From: Octopus sinensis
Taxonomy: Eukaryota
NCBI RefSeq assembly: GCF_006345805.1
Contig: NC_043008.1
Span: 9,610,001-9,674,000, forward strand
Length of the DNA: 64,000 nucleotides
Direction: 5' to 3'
In this document: positions 1 to 12,879 of the stretch, one piece after another
Layout of the letters: every line of letters starts with the position of its first letter
Numbering within the stretch: position 1 is the first letter of the stretch
Made by a program: the position numbers and the translations under genes
Notes under the pieces: generated by a model
The model's database searches: none
What the model saw: only the letters and a program-made list of their open reading frames with translations
Told to the model about the DNA's origin: nothing

Positions 1-295
1 GCAGCCAGAGAGAAATCAATGAGCTCAGAAACGGTATAGTTATGAACAAAAGCCAAGTATCAGTTAGTAACTGTACCCGTTAGGCATTCGGTATTGCACG
101 TACTTTTGCCGCAGGAAAAAAATTGGCTGAGCACAAGAACTTTTACAAAAACTAGAATTCAAAGTGTGTGTGTGTGTGTGCAGGCATGGATGTTTGTATG
201 TGCCTTTGTTCAGACATCGTGTGATGGTTGTTATAATGGGTATTGTCATACAAGCGATATTGTTCGTATCCTGTCAACCGTGAAAAATATGCCAG

Positions 296-1105
296 GCACA
301 GGCGTGGTAAGAAGTCTTCTTCCCAACCACATGGTTCCGAGTTCAGTCCCACTGTGTGACAGCTTTGGGCACGTGTCTTCTATTGTATTATAGTCTCGTA
401 AGGCGGCGAGCTGGCAGGAACGTTAGCATGCCGGGCGAAATGCTTTGCAGTATTTAATCTGTCTTTATGTTTTGAGTTCAAATTCCGCCGAGGTCAACTT
501 TGCCTTTCATCCTTTCGAGGTTGATTAAATAAGTACCAGTTACGCACTGGGGTCGATATAATCGACTTAATCCGTTTGTCTGTCCTTGTTTGTCCCCTCT
601 GTGTGTCGCCCCTTGTGGGCAGTAAAGAAATAAGAAACGTTAGCATGCTGGGCGAACTGCTTTGTGGTATTTCGTCTGCTGTTACGTTCTAAGTTCAAAT
701 TCCGTCGAGGTCGACTTTGCCTTTCATCCTTTCGGGATTGATAAATTAAGTACCAGTTGTGTACTGGATCGATCTAAAAATTTTGGGCCTTGGGCCTAGA
801 GTAGAAAAGTCTATTATAGCCTTGTGTCAACCAAATCCTTGTGAGTGGATATGGTAGACAAACTGAAAGAAACTCGTCACTTATATACATATATATATGT
901 TTATATGTGTCTGTGTTTGTCCCTCACACAGCTGAACAACCGGTGTTGGTGTGTTTAAGTCCCCGTAACTTAGCAGTTTGGCAAACGAAACTGATAGGGT
1001 AGGTACCAGGCTTCATCGGCAAATAAGTACTGGGGGTCGATTTGTTCGACTAAAATTCCTCAAGACGGTGCCCCAGCATGGCCACTGTCTAATCACTGAA
1101 ACAAA
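296..1105 (+). mobile_element. tRNA-derived SINE (family B) with a nested family A SINE dimer at 401-809
   Basis: Head GGCGTGGTAAG...GGTTCCGAGTTCAGTCCCACTG; body GGGCAAGTGTCTTCTACTATAGCC is split by the insert; tail TGACTGAAACAA(AAGAG). Many further copies: 8038-8450(+), 13575-13790(-), 14090-14500(-), 19126-19455(+), 23330-23795(-), 24941-25331(-), 36100-36500(+), 51400-52615(-), 58370-58560(+). Confidence 0.85.
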
Positions 1106-2712
1106 GAAAAGGTAAAAGATTGTATAGATTTCTCTTCTTGAAAAGGTGAGAGTTGGTGACAGGAAGAGCTTCCAGTAATAGAAAATCTGCCTCTGTGACA
1201 CCCGTGCCAGTGGCATGTAAAAAGCACCATCTGAACCTGGCCGATGCCAGCACTGCCTTGACTGGCTTCTGTGCTGGTGGCACATAAAAAGCACCAACCG
1301 ATTGTGACCATTGTCAGACTCCCCTGGCCCCTGTGCCGGTGGCACGTAAAAAGTACCATCTGAACGTGGCCAATGCCAGCGCCACCTTGACTGGCTTCTG
1401 TGCTAGTGGCACGTAAAAAGCACCAACTGATTGTGGCCATTGTCAGCCTACCCTGGCCCCTGTGCCGGTGGCACGTAAAAAGCACCATATGAACGTGGCC
1501 AATGCAATGCCAGCACCACCTTGACTGGCTTCTGTGATGGTGGCACGTAAAAGCACCAACCGATTGTGGCCGTTGCCAACCTCCCCTGGCTCCTGTGCTG
1601 GTGGCACATAAAAAGCACCCACTACACTCATGGAGGGATGAGTTCAAATTCCGCCGAGGTCGACTTTGCCTTTCATCCTTTCGGGGTCGATAAATTAAGT
1701 ACCAGTTATGCACTGGTGTCGATGTAATCGACTTAATACCTTTGTCTGTCTTTGTTTGTCCCCTCTATGTTTAGCCCCTTGTGAGTAATAAAGAATAGGA
1801 AAGGTCTGATACTTAGTCTATATCATTCACTTTTGCCGAACCACTAAGTTACAGGAACGTAAACAAGACAACAAACAAGCAGAGTGGGGGGAGATGAACT
1901 AATACACCCAAACACACACACATTTATATGCACAATCATTGTGCATGTGTGCTCATTACCTTATTGTTTCTGTTTAGTTGTAGACATCTGTTTGGTTTCA
2001 GATAACGGAAATTAATTCACTTTTATCTGATTATCTACGTAAGAGCTTTTCATTTTGCATTACAAGTGGTTGGCACGAAAATTCATGTCCTGTATGTTTT
2101 TTGATTGGACACCTTGCTTGTACACGGACATTGATCTATCAGACATGTTGTATCAATATAGATATTTACACAATTTAGAAACGAAATCAATGTAAATGCT
2201 GGCTAGACAGACACTCACACATACGTAAATTAGATAATGATAGTGTATATGTAGGACAGTGGAGGCACATGGCCTAGTGGTTAGAGCAGCGGACTCACAG
2301 TTGAGGGATCACAGGTTCGAATCTCAGACCAGACATGTTGTATCAATATAGATATTTACACAATTTAGAAACGAAATCAATGTAAATGCTGGATAGACTG
2401 ACACTCACACATACATAGATTGGATAATGATAGTGTATATATAGGACAGTGGAGGCACACGGCCTAGTGGTTAGAGCAGCGGACTTGCAGTCGAGGGGTC
2501 GTGGGTTCGAATTTCAGACCAGGTGATGTGTGTGTTTATGAGCGAAAACACCTAAGCTCCACGTGACTCCGGCAGAAGGTAATGGCGAACTTCTGTTGAC
2601 TCTTTCTTTTAGAAAGTGATGTACATCGGCAGGAATTGAACCTGAGCTGCACATGTGGCAGGAGAGCATTCTACTACTGAATAAGGATAGCTATGATAAT
2701 GATAATAATAAT

Positions 2713-3077
2713 AACAAGAGCATTCAGAGAGTGCAAACCTCTGCCAAGGCCACACCAACGTCTTCTCAACGATTAGCCGGAGATGATTTTTAAATGAGAA
2801 TATCTGAAATAAACTTGATGGCTCTCACAAATGAGAATACTAAAAATGAACCCAACCACTTTCAAAAATTAAGTAAAAAACAGGAAAAATAATCCAGAAT
2901 CTTTGTCCAGTACCAGACTGATCCCAAAATCTAATCAGTTCATGCCAGTCATGAGGTCAAACATCTCTGAAAGTTTCATCGGAATCCATTCAGCAGTTCT
3001 TGAGATATCTTGTCCAAAGATAAACAAACAAACACGACTGAAAACAATACCTCTGCCTTCACTACGGCAGAGGTAAT
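2713..3077. mobile_element. Helentron-associated (HINE/DINE-like) non-autonomous element
   Basis: Begins AACAAGAG; ACCTCTGCC at 2737-2745 recurs in a terminal hairpin ACCTCTGCC-TTCACTAC-GGCAGAGGT (3049-3074); sits in (AAT)n. Confidence 0.6.
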
Positions 3078-3160
3078 AATAATATAATAATAATAATAAC
3101 TATAATAACTGAAAAAGGAATTTTTAAAGATCCTTTATTTTTTTTTATTTTTCTCTACAG

Positions 3161-3249
3161 ATATTGTAAACTATGGATGAGGAAACACAAGGAAGGGAAG
3201 AGACCATTCATAGATCACATGAATGCTCTCGCTTACCAGCCGATATACG
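3161..3249 (+). CDS. GBA2: GBA2 exon (1st in window): [29 protein letters not shown]
   Basis: Polypyrimidine tract and TACAG acceptor, GTGAGT donor; aligns with human LRYLQWWYRK..TPFIDMINSVPLRQIYG. Confidence 0.88.
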
Positions 3250-6200
3250 GTGAGTGTGTTGTTTGAGTTCTGTTTGATTCTGAGTTTGGTTCAAGCAAGA
3301 GACAAAAAGGAAGTAATTGACCAACAAAGAGACAGACAAACAAATGTCTGAATGGCATTGTAGCATTAAGAGAAAAACTAAATACTGAAAAAGATTATAT
3401 ATTTAATAGTCCCAACTGGCCCCTGTGCCGGTGGCACATAAAAGCACCCACTACACTCTCAGAGTGGTTGGTGTTAGCAAGGGCATCCAGCTGTAGAAAC
3501 ACTGCCAGATAAGACTGGAGCCTGGTGCAGCCATCTGGTTTACCAGACCTCAGTCTAATCGTCTAACCCATGCTAGCATGGAAAGCAGATGTTAAATGAT
3601 GATGATGATGAGTCTTTGTTTCCTGAGAGACCAGGTAAAATTATGATTTGCATGACTATCAAGTCTTCACTGTCATAGTTTTTAATTGCTCTATCATTTA
3701 GCCTTCAACACCTGGCATTAAGCCACCGCCCCTCTTTCAAATGTGCTCTCCCTCAGTCGATGGGGCTTTTTCCTCTTCGTTTTCCTTTCCTTACCTTGTC
3801 TTACAAGTTACCTGGTGGCTTTCTGAGGGCTGGTGTCATGAAAACAAGCAACCAGTGCACTCTGGAATGTGGTTGACATTACGAAGGGCATCCAGCCATA
3901 TAAACAATGTCAACGTAGACATTGGGACCTGTTCCTCTGTCATACTTTAGCCTCTCAACACCCGGCATAAAGCCACACACCCCACACCCCTTCACTTAGT
4001 CAAATATGCTTTTTCTTGTTTTTTTCCTTTCTTGCAATTTACTTGGCAACTTCACTGGTGCCAGTGTCATGTAAAAGCACCCAGTACACACCGTGAAGTG
4101 GTTGGCATTAGGAAGGGCATCTAACTGTAGAGATCATGCCAAAGCTGACATTGGAGCTCAGGGCTCACTGGATTCCACCAAACCATCCAACATATACCAG
4201 CATGTGCTGGTACCACATAAAAAGCATCTGGTACACTCTATAAAGTGGTTGGTGTTAGGAAGGGCATCTCGCTGTAGAAACCTTGCCAGAACAGACGATG
4301 GAGCTTGGTGTGGCACCTGGCCTTAACAGCTTCAATCAAACTGTCCAACCCATGCCAGCATGGAAAATAGATGTTAAATGATGATGATATAAGCCCCTAT
4401 CTTTAATCGTTATCTGTTTTACATTTATTTATACAGCTGCTGGCATAGCTATGGGGTTAAGAATTTTGCTCAACAACCACACGTAATGGTTCGTTTGAAA
4501 AAAAATCTTTTTACAATACTTTTTATATTGCAGGTGCCCCTATTGGAGGTATTGGTTGTGGTACTATAGGTCGTGGCTACCAAGGAGAGTTTTGCCGATT
4601 CCAGCTTGTCCCAGGATGTTATGACCATACGACAGTATTAGCTGATCAGGTATTTATTGCAATAATTATTACATTTCTTTGTTTGTTATGTTCTTTTTAC
4701 TTCTGCTTTTCTCCATAACAGATAGTGGAGGCACATGGCCTAGTGGTTCGAGCAGCGGACTTGCGGTCGAGGGATCGCAGGTTCGAACTCAGACTGGGTG
4801 ATGTGTGTGCTTATGAGCGAAACACCTAAGCTCCACATGGCTCCGGCAGAAGGTAATGGTGAACTTTTGCTGACTCTTTCACCACAACTTTCTCTCACTC
4901 TTTCCTCCTGCATCTTGCAGCTCACCTGCGATGGACCGGCGTCCCGTCCAGGTGGGGAACCTATACACCAAAGAAACCGGGAAACCAGCCCTTATGAACC
5001 AGGCATGGCTCGAGAAGGTACAAACAACCATAACAGATACCTTGAGCCTGAACACAATAAGCTTGTTGGTGTGTTATTATAGTTTATTCGTTAGGGATTG
5101 GATGGGTCTACCTTGCAACACATCACCTTTAATTCGATATTTTTTTTTTATCTGAGGCAGTGGTGGTTGAGGTGGGAGTGGATCTAGCAATCTGACTCTA
5201 TTATGTCTTCTTACATCATCTTTTCTACTGCATCCATCCTCTATCTACAGTACACAATACTACCATTCAAGAATTTGGACCTGGAGATCTCCATTTCCAG
5301 CGACTTCGAGGGCCACCTCCCAGTGGTGTCGGGTGTCAACGAAGAGCCCTTGACTACAACAAGACGACCAAAATTTTTTTTTTCCAGGGTCTGGGGTCTC
5401 CCGCCCCTAAGCCCTAGACCATCACCTAATCACCCTTACCCATCCTGTTGCTTAACAACAACAACAAGTACACAACATTTTCACCAAGTGTTCATTGCAT
5501 TCTTTGTCCTTAGCAATGCAGTCCCCTTTCTTACACTCTGCTCACTCTTTTCCTTGGCTCAGTCATCCCCTATCTTTCATCAAGATTACATAAGATGGCA
5601 ATCTGGCAAAACCATTAGCATGCCAGGCAAAATTGCTCAGTAGCATTTCATCTGGATTTACATTCTGAGGAAAATTGAAATGAAAATGTAAAATAATTTG
5701 TGACCCTTTATAGCATTCAGGTTAGTCAGTCAAATGTAATGCTTTCTTATTCACATGGTTTTGAATTTATCATGCATTATTTCGTAGCTGCAAGATTTCA
5801 AGGATGTGATTGTATAGTTTTGGAATGATATATTGTTGTAGAGGTTGAGAGTTTCAAATACCTTGGTGCTATCATTGCAGCTACAGGTCAAGGTGAGGCT
5901 GACATTAAAACACGAATCGACCTCGCTCGCCAAGCCTTCAACCGACTCAATGCACGTCTCTGGTCAAGATCTGAGATCCAACGCACCACCAAAATACGGA
6001 TCTACCAAGCACTAGTGCAAACAAGTCTCCTTTACAGCAGTGAGTCATGGCCGATGAGGGTGGAAGATATTAAGCGACTAGAATCCTTCGATCACCTCTG
6101 TCTATGCCGCATCCTTCGTGTCCAATGGCATCACTTTGTCTCCAACAATTTGGTGCAACACCAGTGCAGAATCACCTCCCTCCGACAAGTCATCTTAACG

Positions 6201-9200
6201 AGACGTCTGCGTTGGCTGGGTCGTGCCCTCCATCATCAACCAGGAGAATTCATCTACGAAGCAATTGCCCCAGCTCCCCTTCAGGGTTGGCGAAAGCGAT
6301 GTGGTGGATAAAGAAAAACCTGGCTGATGACAGTCAAGGTTGATCTGGAACCCAACCTAGGACCCCATATCTACGGTGTTTGCCGCTGGAATAAGGAGTG
6401 GTTGGAGATCACGTGGTCGTTAGCCTCAAATCGCCAGGCCTGGTTGGCGTTTGTGAGAGATGCAGCATTGAGGATGAATGAAGCCAGCTCAACCCACCCC
6501 GGGTGAATGCTGTCTCAAGAAGAAGACAAGAATGATATATTACTTGATACACAAAAAGGAAATAGGGAGAAGCTTGATTCTGTGTAATCAGAGCAAGCCA
6601 TGAGTTCACAAAAGATGCATGACAAAGAGCCTCACTTCCTTAGACATAGTTGATAGCTTCTCTTCGTGTGGTAAGGGCTGAAGGTGACTTGTAAAGGGGA
6701 ATGTTGTTACCAAGAATTTCTCTCGTCATACGGAGGGCAGACTGTATGAAGCAAGTCTAAGAACTATGGTCGTGGAAGTAGGTTATTGAATACAGACCAC
6801 CTGTGGAATTGGAGAGAAGGAATTGAAGTGAGAATCGTGTGTCGGGTTTGTAATATCTGATGGGCATAAAAGAACGCATGCGTTGAGAGAAAAGTTGATT
6901 CGTTTAATATAGAAGAAAGGAAGAGGAATAAGTAAAGTGAGAGAAAGGCTGAGTTGTGTGGTGGACAAATAACTGCATTGAGTTGGACATATGATGAGGG
7001 CTTGGCACCAGTGCTGTACACTGTTGTCACAGGGAATTGATATTTGCGAAGACCTGTTGAGGCAAGTGAAATCGAAATTGAAATCAATCAAAAATCAATG
7101 GAAATTGCAGTTGTGATACCAGTGCCGGTGGCACATAAAAGAACCATCCAAATGTGGCCATTACCAGCGCTGCCTTGACTGGCCTCTGTGCCGGTGGCAC
7201 ATAAAAAGCACCAACCGATCGTGGCTGTTGCCAGCCTCGCCTGGCACGTAAAAAGCACCCACAACACTCATGGAGTGGTTGGTGTTAGGAAGAGCATCCA
7301 GCTGTAGAAACACTGCCAGATCAGATTGGAGCCTGGTGCAGCCTCCTGGCTTTCCAGACTCCAGTCGAACCATCCAAACTATGTTAGCATGGAAAGTGGA
7401 TGTTAAACAATGAGGATGATGATGATGAGGTTAAAAGATAATTATAATTATCTTGTGATGCTGCCTGGCTTAGTGGTTAAGGTGTTTGGTTCACAATCAT
7501 AAGGTCATGAGTTCAATTCCCAGCAATGCATTGTGTCCTTGAGTAAAACACTTTATCTTCACGTTGCTCCAGTCCACTCAGCTGGCAAAAATGAGTAGTA
7601 CCTGTAATTCATAGGGGCCAGCCTTGTCACATTCTGTGTCACCCTAAATCTTCCTGAGAACTACATTAAAAGTACATGTGCCCGTAGAGTGCTCAACTAC
7701 TTCTTTATTAATTACATAAGCAGGCTGTTTCATTGACAGATCAATTGGAACACATGTCATCATAACCAATAAAGTACCAGAATAATTATCTCATCCTAAT
7801 TACAATTTAAAATTTGGTCTTAAAACTACATCTGTTTAATAATTAATGAAATCGCTCATTTCAAAGTTACTTGTAAAAAATTTAAACAATAGTAATAAAA
7901 AATATTTTAAAAGTCGTTAAATCAATAAAAATAAAAATGAATGAATAAAACATGGTTAATTATTGTTAATTGGTAAACATTAGGATAAGTGTTTACCATT
8001 ACAAACAGCGGAAGCTCTGTATAACTGATAGTTATACAGGAGTGGCTGTGTGGTAAGTAGCTTGTTTACCAACCACATGGTTCCGGGTTCAGTCCCACTG
8101 CATGGCACCTTGGGCAAGTGTCTTCTACTATAGCCTCGGGCCAGCCAAAGCCTTATGAGTGGATTTAGTAGATGGAAACTGAAAGAAGCCCGTCGTATAT
8201 ATGCATATATATATATGCATGTGTGTGTTTGTGTGTCTGTGTTTGTTCCCCTAGCATTGCTTGACAACCGATGCTGATGTGTTTATGTCCCCGTTACTTA
8301 GCAGTTCGGCAAAAGAGACCAATAGAATAAGTACTGGGCTTACAAAAGAATAAGTCCCGGGGTCGAGTTGCTCAATTAAAGGCGGTGCTCCAGCATGGCC
8401 GCAGTCAAATGACTGAAACAAGTAAAAGAGTAAAAGAGTAAGGGTTTTGTTAATTTGCAGCATTTGGTTCAAATCCTGCCATGAGTCAAGACAAGTCTCC
8501 AGAAGTGTTCCAATAACTCAATGTGTTCCACCAAGACAATAGTTGTTGTTAACCCTTTCGTTTCTGTATTTATTTTGAGATCCTCTGTGTTTCTTTTAAT
8601 TCATTTTAAATATAACAAAGAATTTAGTAAAATAACTTAGTTATCATTCAGCTAGTGTTAGGAACATAAATTGTGACTAAGGTTTGGTGGAAGATTTGAA
8701 TTCAAAACTTAATGAAAACAAGACATTTGTACTCAGAGCCAGAGCTGGTTTCAGCCGGGTTGGTAACAAAGGGGTTAAGAAAGTAAATTGATGGCCTTTA
8801 TAGTGCCAGACAGAGTACTTTGGCAGTGATTGATGTGCTGCAATAGAGTACCTTGGCAGTGATTGATGTGCTGCAATAGAGTACCTTACTGTATTTGTCC
8901 CAGCTCTCTACAACCTCTATTCAAATTCCGTGCTTTGGTTACCTTTGCTTACTTCATCCATGGCTGTTAAACAAAATACCAATAAAATATCATTACTCTT
9001 TGACTCACCCTTGTAGTATCCATGTGGGATCAGAGAACTAACAGAACGGTGACTTCAGACGGTGCAGCACAATGGCCTTTACTTTGAATGGAAGACTGCA
9101 TTTTTTTTTTGTAACTTGATGACTAAAGCAAATATGTTACCAAATGTTGCAAAAGTTCTGATTCAACAGAGTAATATAGTCAAAGTTGGAAGTCTTTTAA

Positions 9201-12200
9201 TCCAAGATCGTTTCTGTCAAAGTTGATCTGGGATTAAACAACAAGTTGTGTCTTCTTTCTCATCGAGTCTGAAGAGCTGTGGCGGAAAGGTTTTGCAGGG
9301 GGTGGGGATTTGAACATTTCCTGATCCCTTGAATGATGGAATCAATTTGAGAGGGGAGAGGGGAGAAAAAAAAAGATTGATTTTAGTACTTGCTTGGTAC
9401 ATATATCATCATCATCATCATCATCGTTTAACATCCGTTTTCCGCGCTAGCACGGGTTGGACGGTTCGACCGGGGTCTGGGGAGCCAGGGGCTGCTCCAG
9501 CCTCCAGTCTGATCTGGCAGTGTTTCTACAGCTGGATGCCCTTCCTAACGCCAACCACTCTGCGAGTGTAGTGGGTGCTTTTTACGTGCCACCTGCACAG
9601 GTGCCAGAGGGGTCTGGCATCGGCCACGATCGGTTGGTGCTTTTTATGTGCCACCGGCACAGAAGCCAGTCGAGGCGGTGCTGGCATCGGCCACGTTCGG
9701 ATGGTGCTTTTTATGTGCCACCAGCACAGAAGCCAGTCGAGGCGGGGCTGGCATCGTATATATATATATATATATATGCACCAGTCAACCGGTGCTTTAA
9801 CTCTTTAGAGCCTCTTCAGCCGCTTAAAATAAATGAAAAAAACACTGAAACCCCCTCAGAAAAGTTGTAGGTATTTATTGTGTTTGTTTAGCCTTAGGCC
9901 AGCCTAAGATGAAAAGCAATCCAACTGTGACCATCTCATCATTTGGTATACTAGTGGCTACATTGTTCAATGTGTTTTTTTTGTTTGTAAAGAGCAGAGC
10001 ACAATGTGATTTAGGGCAAATTTAGCTGCTATTTCCAGCAGGTTGAAATAGTTTCTTTTACTTGCTTGATGCAGCTGTTGTCACCGAGAAATGCTATCAG
10101 TGGTGTTAAAAGATAATTATAATAATTATCTCACCTTAACTGCAATTTAAAAGCAGGTTTAAAAAATACAGCTATTTAAAATTAATGAGATCACTCATTC
10201 TAAAGTTGCTTTCGAAAAACAAAAACAAAAAACAAAGAAAAAGGACAACAATAATAAACCATTTGAAACAGTTTTTAAATCAACAGCAAACAAGAAAACA
10301 AACAAAACAAAAATTGCCACCCACCCACTGCACAAGCTGGAAGATCTCATGTCTAACACCTGTGAATTAATTGTCAATGCATAAATTAAGAAGGCAGGCA
10401 GTGATTACCTCGTTTCAGCTGTGTAGTTTACTATAATTACCCAACTGGAAATCATGGAGCTCTTTGCTTTATTTATAATTCATAGAACATTAGAGGCTGT
10501 TGTTTTAGACTGCCATTGGGTTCTCTACAAATACATACATACATACGTATATACATACATATATACATACATACATACATACATACATACATCGTTTGTT
10601 CCTTCTCGAGCCATGCCTGGCTCATAAGGGCCAGTTTCTTGGTGTATAGGTTCCCCACCTGGAAGGTGAGCTGCAAGATGCAGGAGGAAAGAGTGAGAGA
10701 AAGTTGTGGCGAAAGAGTTAGCAGAAGTTTCGCCATTACCTTCTGCCGGAGCTGCGTGGAGCTTAGGTGTTTCGTTCATAAACACACACATCACTCGGTC
10801 TGAGATTCGAACCAGCGATCTCTCGACCGCAAGTCCGCTGCTCTGACCACTAGGCCATGTGCCTCCACACACATACATACATACATACATATGTACATAC
10901 ATAATAAAATAAATGCGCCCTTTTAAAGCCTAGCCAAGCTCATGGGCCCAGTTTCCCGGTTTCTATGGCGTATGTGTTCCCCAGCTGGATGGGACGCCAG
11001 TCCATCGCAGCGTTACTCATTTTTGCCAGCTGAGTGGACTGGAGCAATTTGAAAGGAAGTGTTTTGCTCAAGAACACAATGTGTCGCTCAGTCCAGGAAT
11101 CAAAACCATAATCTTACGATCATGGTGCTGACACCCTAACCACTTAGCCACATGCCTCCATGTACATGCATACATACATACATATAGATGTAGGTGTCAC
11201 TCAGTGGCATAGGTGCAAGTCTCACTCTGTGGTATAGGTGCAAGCATGGCTGTGTGATAAGAAACTTGCATCCTATCCACATGGTTCAGGGTTCAGTCCC
11301 CCCCTGCGTGGCACCTCGGGCAAGTGTCTTCTACTATAACCTCAGGCCAACTAAAGCCCTGTGAGTGGATTTGGTTGAAGGAAACTGAAAGAAGCCTGCT
11401 GTATCATCATCATTCATTTAGCGTCCGTTTTCCATGCTAGCATGGGTTGGACGGTTCAACTGGGGTCTGGGGAGCCCGAAGGCTGCACCAGGCCAGTCAG
11501 ATCTGGCAGTGTTTCTACAGCTGGATGCCCTTCCTAATGCCAACCACTCCGAGAGTGTAGTGGGTGATTTTATGTGCCACCGACACAGGTGCCAGACGAG
11601 GCTGGCGAACGGCCACGCTCGGATGGTGTTTTTTATGTGCCACCGACACAGGTGCCAGATGAGGCTGGCGAAACGGCCACGATCGGATGGTGTTTGTTAT
11701 GTGCCCACAACACGGAGGCCAGTCGATGCGGTACTGGCTACGGCCACGTTTGGATGGTTTTCTTGTGTGCCACCGGCACTGGTACCACAAAGATACAAAT
11801 TCCATTGATGTTCATCTATTTTGATTTGTTTTGATTTGATTTGTTTTGATTGATTTTCACTTGCCTCAACAGGTCTTCACAAGTGTCACAAGAAGGAAGG
11901 AAGGTATGCACAGGTGGACTGACTACGTCCCAGGTAGGGGCCACGGGTTATGGCCTGACTAGTCTTGCCGGGTCTTCGGATGGTGTTTTTATGTGCCACC
12001 GACACAGGTGCCAGATGAGGCTGGCGAACGGCCACGATCGGATGGTGTTTGTTATGTGCCCACAGCACGGAGGCCAGTCGATGCGGTACTGGCTACGGCC
12101 ACGTTCGGATGGTTTTCTTGTGTGCCACCGTACTGGTATCACAAAGATAAAATTCCATTGATGTTCATCTATTTTGATTTGTTTTGATTTTCACTTGCCT

Positions 12201-12847
12201 CAAAAGGTCTTCACAAGTGTCACAAGAAGGAAGGTATGCACAGGTGGACTGACTACGTCCCAGGTAGGGGCCACGGGTTATGGCCTGACTAGTCTTGCCG
12301 GGTCTTCGGATGGTGTTTTTATGTGCCACCGACACAGGTGCCAGATGAGGCTGGCAAACGGCCACGATCGGATGGTGTTTGTTACTTACCCACAGCACGG
12401 AGGCCAGTCGATGCGGTACTGGCTACCGCCACGTTTGGATGGTTTTCTTGTGTGCCACCGGCACTGGTACCACAAAGATACAAATTCCATTGATGTTCAT
12501 CTATTTTGATTTGTTTTTATATATGTATCTATGTGTGTATGTGTCTTTGTGTCTGTTTGTCCCACTGCCACCACTTGATAACCGGTGCTGGTTTGTTTAT
12601 GTTCCTGTAACTTAGTTTTTTGACAAAACAGACCCTTAGGATTAGTAGCAGGCATTTAAGAAGTAAATACTAAGCATTTTGCCCGGTGTGCTAACGATTT
12701 TGCCAACTCACCACCTTAATAATAATAATGATAATGATAAGCCCTAAAATTCACTCTGTTATTGCCCACGGGCATATGGCGTAGTGGTTAAGAGTGTGGG
12801 CTACTAACCCCAAGATTCCAAGTTCAATTCCAGGCAGTGACCTGAAC

Positions 12848-12879
<32 letters not shown>

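Noticed and set aside
1200-1630. CRISPR-like constant repeat with spacers
   Set aside because: The spacers are two alternating related sequences inside a eukaryotic SINE family; no cas genes; intronic
1093-1713. 206-aa ORF and similar ORFs at 9457-9870, 11434-12615 and 25569-25963
   Set aside because: Translations of family C tandem units (CHRHR/VLFTC repeats), found in every copy; not genes
2257-2330. tRNA genes at SINE heads (also 4725, 10800, 12770)
   Set aside because: A and B boxes are present but the acceptor stems are not, and each continues into a SINE body
1-3160. GBA2 start exon
   Set aside because: No frame matching the GBA2 N-terminus with a phase-2 donor was found; it presumably lies upstream
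8812-8887. 33-bp tandem duplication
   Set aside because: Ordinary slippage duplication with 2.3 copies
9787-9822. Possible decayed hammerhead on - (CTGAAGA-GGCTC-TAAA-GAGTT-AAAGC-ACCGGT)
   Set aside because: GAAA core is broken and there is no stem I; too degenerate to call
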